A DNA stretch of 64,000 nt from Pseudobdellovibrionaceae bacterium (GTDB lineage: Bacteria > Bdellovibrionota > Bdellovibrionia > Bdellovibrionales > UBA1609): contig JACKAM010000002.1 in NCBI GenBank assembly GCA_020635075.1, forward strand, positions 593,811 to 657,810, written 5' to 3'. Positions 61,483 through 64,000 of this stretch are shown here, piece after piece. Position 1 is the first letter of the stretch. The number at the start of each line of letters is the position of its first letter. The notes beneath the pieces are model-generated. The model was given only the letters and a program-made list of their open reading frames with translations, did not search any database and was not told the origin of the DNA. Position numbers and translations under genes: made by a program.

Positions 61483-64000
61483 ATGTTAAATAAACTAATT
61501 AAAACTGCGATTTATAATAAAGGTCTCACCTTCACACTCACTCTAGTGGCAATTTTTGCGGGATGGATGTCGTTTCAGACTCTACCCATTGATGCCGTTC
61601 CAGACATTACAAATGTACAAGTTCAGGTGAATACTGCTGTAGAGGGCTTAATTCCTGAAGAAATTGAAAAGTTCATTACCTACCCAGTTGAGAGTGAAAT
61701 GGGAGGAATTCCCGATGTGGATGAAATTCGTTCGATCACACGTTTTGGACTCTCTCAAGTGACAATTATCTTTGAAGAAGGAACGGATATTTATAGAGCC
61801 AGACAGCTTGTATCCGAAAAACTTCAGTCTATAAAAGATGATCTGCCAGGAGGGGTGCAACCCAAACTCGGACCAATCACGACTGGCTTAGGAGAAATTT
61901 ACTTTTACGCATTAGAGGCAAAAAAAGAAGCCCAAGGGCAAGAGCGACTCGAACAGCTTATGGAGCTAAGAGCCATTAACGAATGGTTGATAAAGCCACG
62001 GCTACTTACTGTTAAAGGAGTTGCCGAAGTCAATGCCATTGGTGGTTATGAAAAACAGTATTTCGTAAAACCCCGCCTAAAGGATTTGTCAAAGTATGGT
62101 ATCCACTTACATGAAGTCGTCGAAGCCATTGAAAGAAATAACCGCAATACGGGTGGTGGTTACATCCAACAAACGGCTGAACAGCTTTTAATTCAAGCTA
62201 CAGGATTAGTTCGTTCTCCAAAAGATATCGAAGACATCGTTATTAAGAAGTTGCCGAATTTTAGAACCGTTACTGTCGGTGACATTGCAGCGGTTGCTCT
62301 TGATCGAGAGTTAAGAACAGGTGCTGCACTTGTTAATGGACAAGAGAGCATCATAGGCACTGCTCTAATGCTTTTAGGAGAAAATAGTCGAACTGTTGCT
62401 CTTGATATTGAAGATAAAATCAAGGAAATCAAAAAAAGTATTCCTGACTGGGTGAAGCTTGAAACAATCTACAACAGGTCAGAGTTAGTCAACAGCACTT
62501 TAGGAACCGTAGAAAAAAACCTACTTTTCGGTGCCTTCTTAGTTGCCTTGATACTTCTTATTATCATCGGTAATTTCCGTGTTGCTATTATTACGGCGAT
62601 TACTATTCCTCTTTCGCTTCTAACTACGTTCATACTTATGCGCTATTTCAATGTGTCCGGTAACTTAATGAGCCTTGGAGCATTAGATTTTGGAATTATT
62701 ATTGATGGGGCTGTTATCGTTATGGATAACTGTGTTCGATTTGTTTCAAAGAAGGCCAAAGAACATGGTCGACCCTTATCTCGTGAGGAAATCAAGAAGG
62801 CGGTTCTTGAAGCGACCATAGAGATTCGCTCTGCCGCAGGTTTCGGGCAAATGATTATTATCGTAGTATTTCTTCCAATCTTTGCTCTAACAGGTGTTGA
62901 GGCAAAAATGTTTGTGCCTATGGCAGCCGCATTTTGCTTTGCCCTAGGGTCGGCTTTCATTTTTTCTTTCACTACAATACCAGCACTTGCGGCAAATTTT
63001 TTATCAGGAAATGCTTCTAGCAAGCAACCTTGGATCATGACTCAGATAGAGAAGGTTTATAACCCAATCATTCATGCTGCTCTAAAGATGAAACTCGCTA
63101 TTGTTGGGGTTGGTGTTGGAGCTATCGCTGCTGGCATAATTTTATTTTCTTTTTTAGGGTCAGATTTTTTGCCCCAATTAGATGAAGGGTCCATTGCTGT
63201 TCAGTTTGTCAGACCAACAAACATCAGCATAGATCAATCTGTTGAAATGCAAAAACTTTCTGAAAAAGTAATTTTAGAGTTTCCAGAAGTGAGCCGGGTT
63301 CTTTCTAGAATCGGAACCGCAGAGGTGGCAACCGATCCTATGGGGCCAAATCTCTCTGATACTTATATTTTACTAAAGGAGAAAACCAAATGGCCATTAC
63401 AAGATGGTCGCAAGAGAACAAAAAATGGACTTATCGCTGATATCAAAGAAAAATTAGAGTCACTCATTCCTGGGCAGACTCTTATATTTTCTCAGCCAAT
63501 TCAGTTGAGATTCAACGAGCTTTTAGAAGGAGTACGTGCAGACGTGGCCTTAAAAGTTTTTGGTGAAGACATGGATCAAATAACCGAAGTAGCTGCTCAA
63601 GCCGCACAAATTGTGGGTCGTATTCAAGGTGTTGGTGAGGCCGAGGAAGAAACTAAAGGCAAGTCCCCTGTATTAAGAATAAACCCCATTAATTCAGAGC
63701 TTCAACGCTTGGGATTGGCCAAGGAAAATGTTCTTTCTACGGTGGAAACTGCAATTGGAGGTACAGAGGCCGGTAGCTTGTACGAAGGAGTAATGAGATT
63801 TCCAATCGTTGTACGTCTGAATGAGAATGACCGCTCAAGCTTGGCTTCAATTAAAGAAGTTCCCGTTGGCGTTGGCGAAAACTTTACGATCCCCATTAAG
63901 GATTTAGCTGAAGTCAAAATTGAAGAAACCTTTAGCGATATCCGAAGGGAGTCCTCCAAAAAACGAGCCGCCGTTCTTGTCAATGTTAGAGGCAGGGATA
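61483..64000 (+). CDS. Heavy-metal-efflux RND pump (CzcA/CusA family), N-terminal ~839 codons, continues beyond window
   Basis: Not in the track because it runs off the window. AGGAG RBS. MLNKLIKTAIYNKGLTFTLTLV...LPIDAVPDITNVQVQV...GALDFGIIIDGAVIVMDN... is open to position 64000. Confidence 0.9.
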   Translation, partial: MLNKLIKTAIYNKGLTFTLTLVAIFAGWMSFQTLPIDAVPDITNVQVQVNTAVEGLIPEEIEKFITYPVESEMGGIPDVDEIRSITRFGLSQVTIIFEEGTDIYRARQLVSEKLQSIKDDLPGGVQPKLGPITTGLGEIYFYALEAKKEAQGQERLEQLMELRAINEWLIKPRLLTVKGVAEVNAIGGYEKQYFVKPRLKDLSKYGIHLHEVVEAIERNNRNTGGGYIQQTAEQLLIQATGLVRSPKDIEDIVIKKLPNFRTVTVGDIAAVALDRELRTGAALVNGQESIIGTALMLLGENSRTVALDIEDKIKEIKKSIPDWVKLETIYNRSELVNSTLGTVEKNLLFGAFLVALILLIIIGNFRVAIITAITIPLSLLTTFILMRYFNVSGNLMSLGALDFGIIIDGAVIVMDNCVRFVSKKAKEHGRPLSREEIKKAVLEATIEIRSAAGFGQMIIIVVFLPIFALTGVEAKMFVPMAAAFCFALGSAFIFSFTTIPALAANFLSGNASSKQPWIMTQIEKVYNPIIHAALKMKLAIVGVGVGAIAAGIILFSFLGSDFLPQLDEGSIAVQFVRPTNISIDQSVEMQKLSEKVILEFPEVSRVLSRIGTAEVATDPMGPNLSDTYILLKEKTKWPLQDGRKRTKNGLIADIKEKLESLIPGQTLIFSQPIQLRFNELLEGVRADVALKVFGEDMDQITEVAAQAAQIVGRIQGVGEAEEETKGKSPVLRINPINSELQRLGLAKENVLSTVETAIGGTEAGSLYEGVMRFPIVVRLNENDRSSLASIKEVPVGVGENFTIPIKDLAEVKIEETFSDIRRESSKKRAAVLVNVRGRD

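Overview
The window looks like a bacterial chromosome segment of mid GC content, judged by eye and not computed. Gene content suggests a Bdellovibrio-like predatory lineage: two TIGR02147/DUF4423 paralogues, many signal-peptide and lipoprotein ORFs, and secreted S8 and M23 peptidases. This placement is inference only.

Layout:
- 1-42 kb: ordinary chromosomal genes. These include monomeric isocitrate dehydrogenase (truncated at the window edge), APC permease, two LysR regulators, RimK-like ligase, PhnA, ppa, a Ser/Thr kinase, a histidine kinase, a cation/proton antiporter, several SAM methyltransferases, a nitrilase, and many secreted hypotheticals.
- About 42.1-54.6 kb: an accessory, IS-riddled island that ends at the 3' end of ssrA (tmRNA, 54587-54938, minus strand, tag ANDNYAFAA).
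  - An orphan HTH + GHKL-ATPase + DUF4325 fusion gene.
  - An IS3-family element that split a cupin-like gene and itself carries a nested IS110-family element.
  - Mrr.
  - A second IS3 element.
  - A convergent N6-adenine methyltransferase and small-ORF pair, a candidate restriction-modification system.
  - An ISL3 transposase.
  - A CDF metal transporter bracketed by a 14-nt direct repeat of the tmRNA 3' terminus.
- 55-58 kb: core-like genes, plus a Y1 (IS200/RAYT-like) transposase flanked by 28-bp inverted repeats.
- 58-64 kb: an AT-rich heavy-metal RND cluster. It has a frameshifted outer-membrane factor, an unusually short His-rich adaptor, and a CzcA-like pump that runs off the window.

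I found no rRNA, no complete tRNA and no CRISPR array.

The best candidates for something new are:
1. the stand-alone HTH-GHKL-DUF4325 gene in the defence/mobile island;
2. the translationally coupled operon of an AlkD-like protein, a radical SAM protein with a CX4CX2C motif, and a TfoX_C protein;
3. the phased TGTCCCA operator-like array upstream of the methyltransferase;
4. the mini-adaptor HME-RND cluster.

All functional calls rest on my reading of motifs in the translations. No database search was run.
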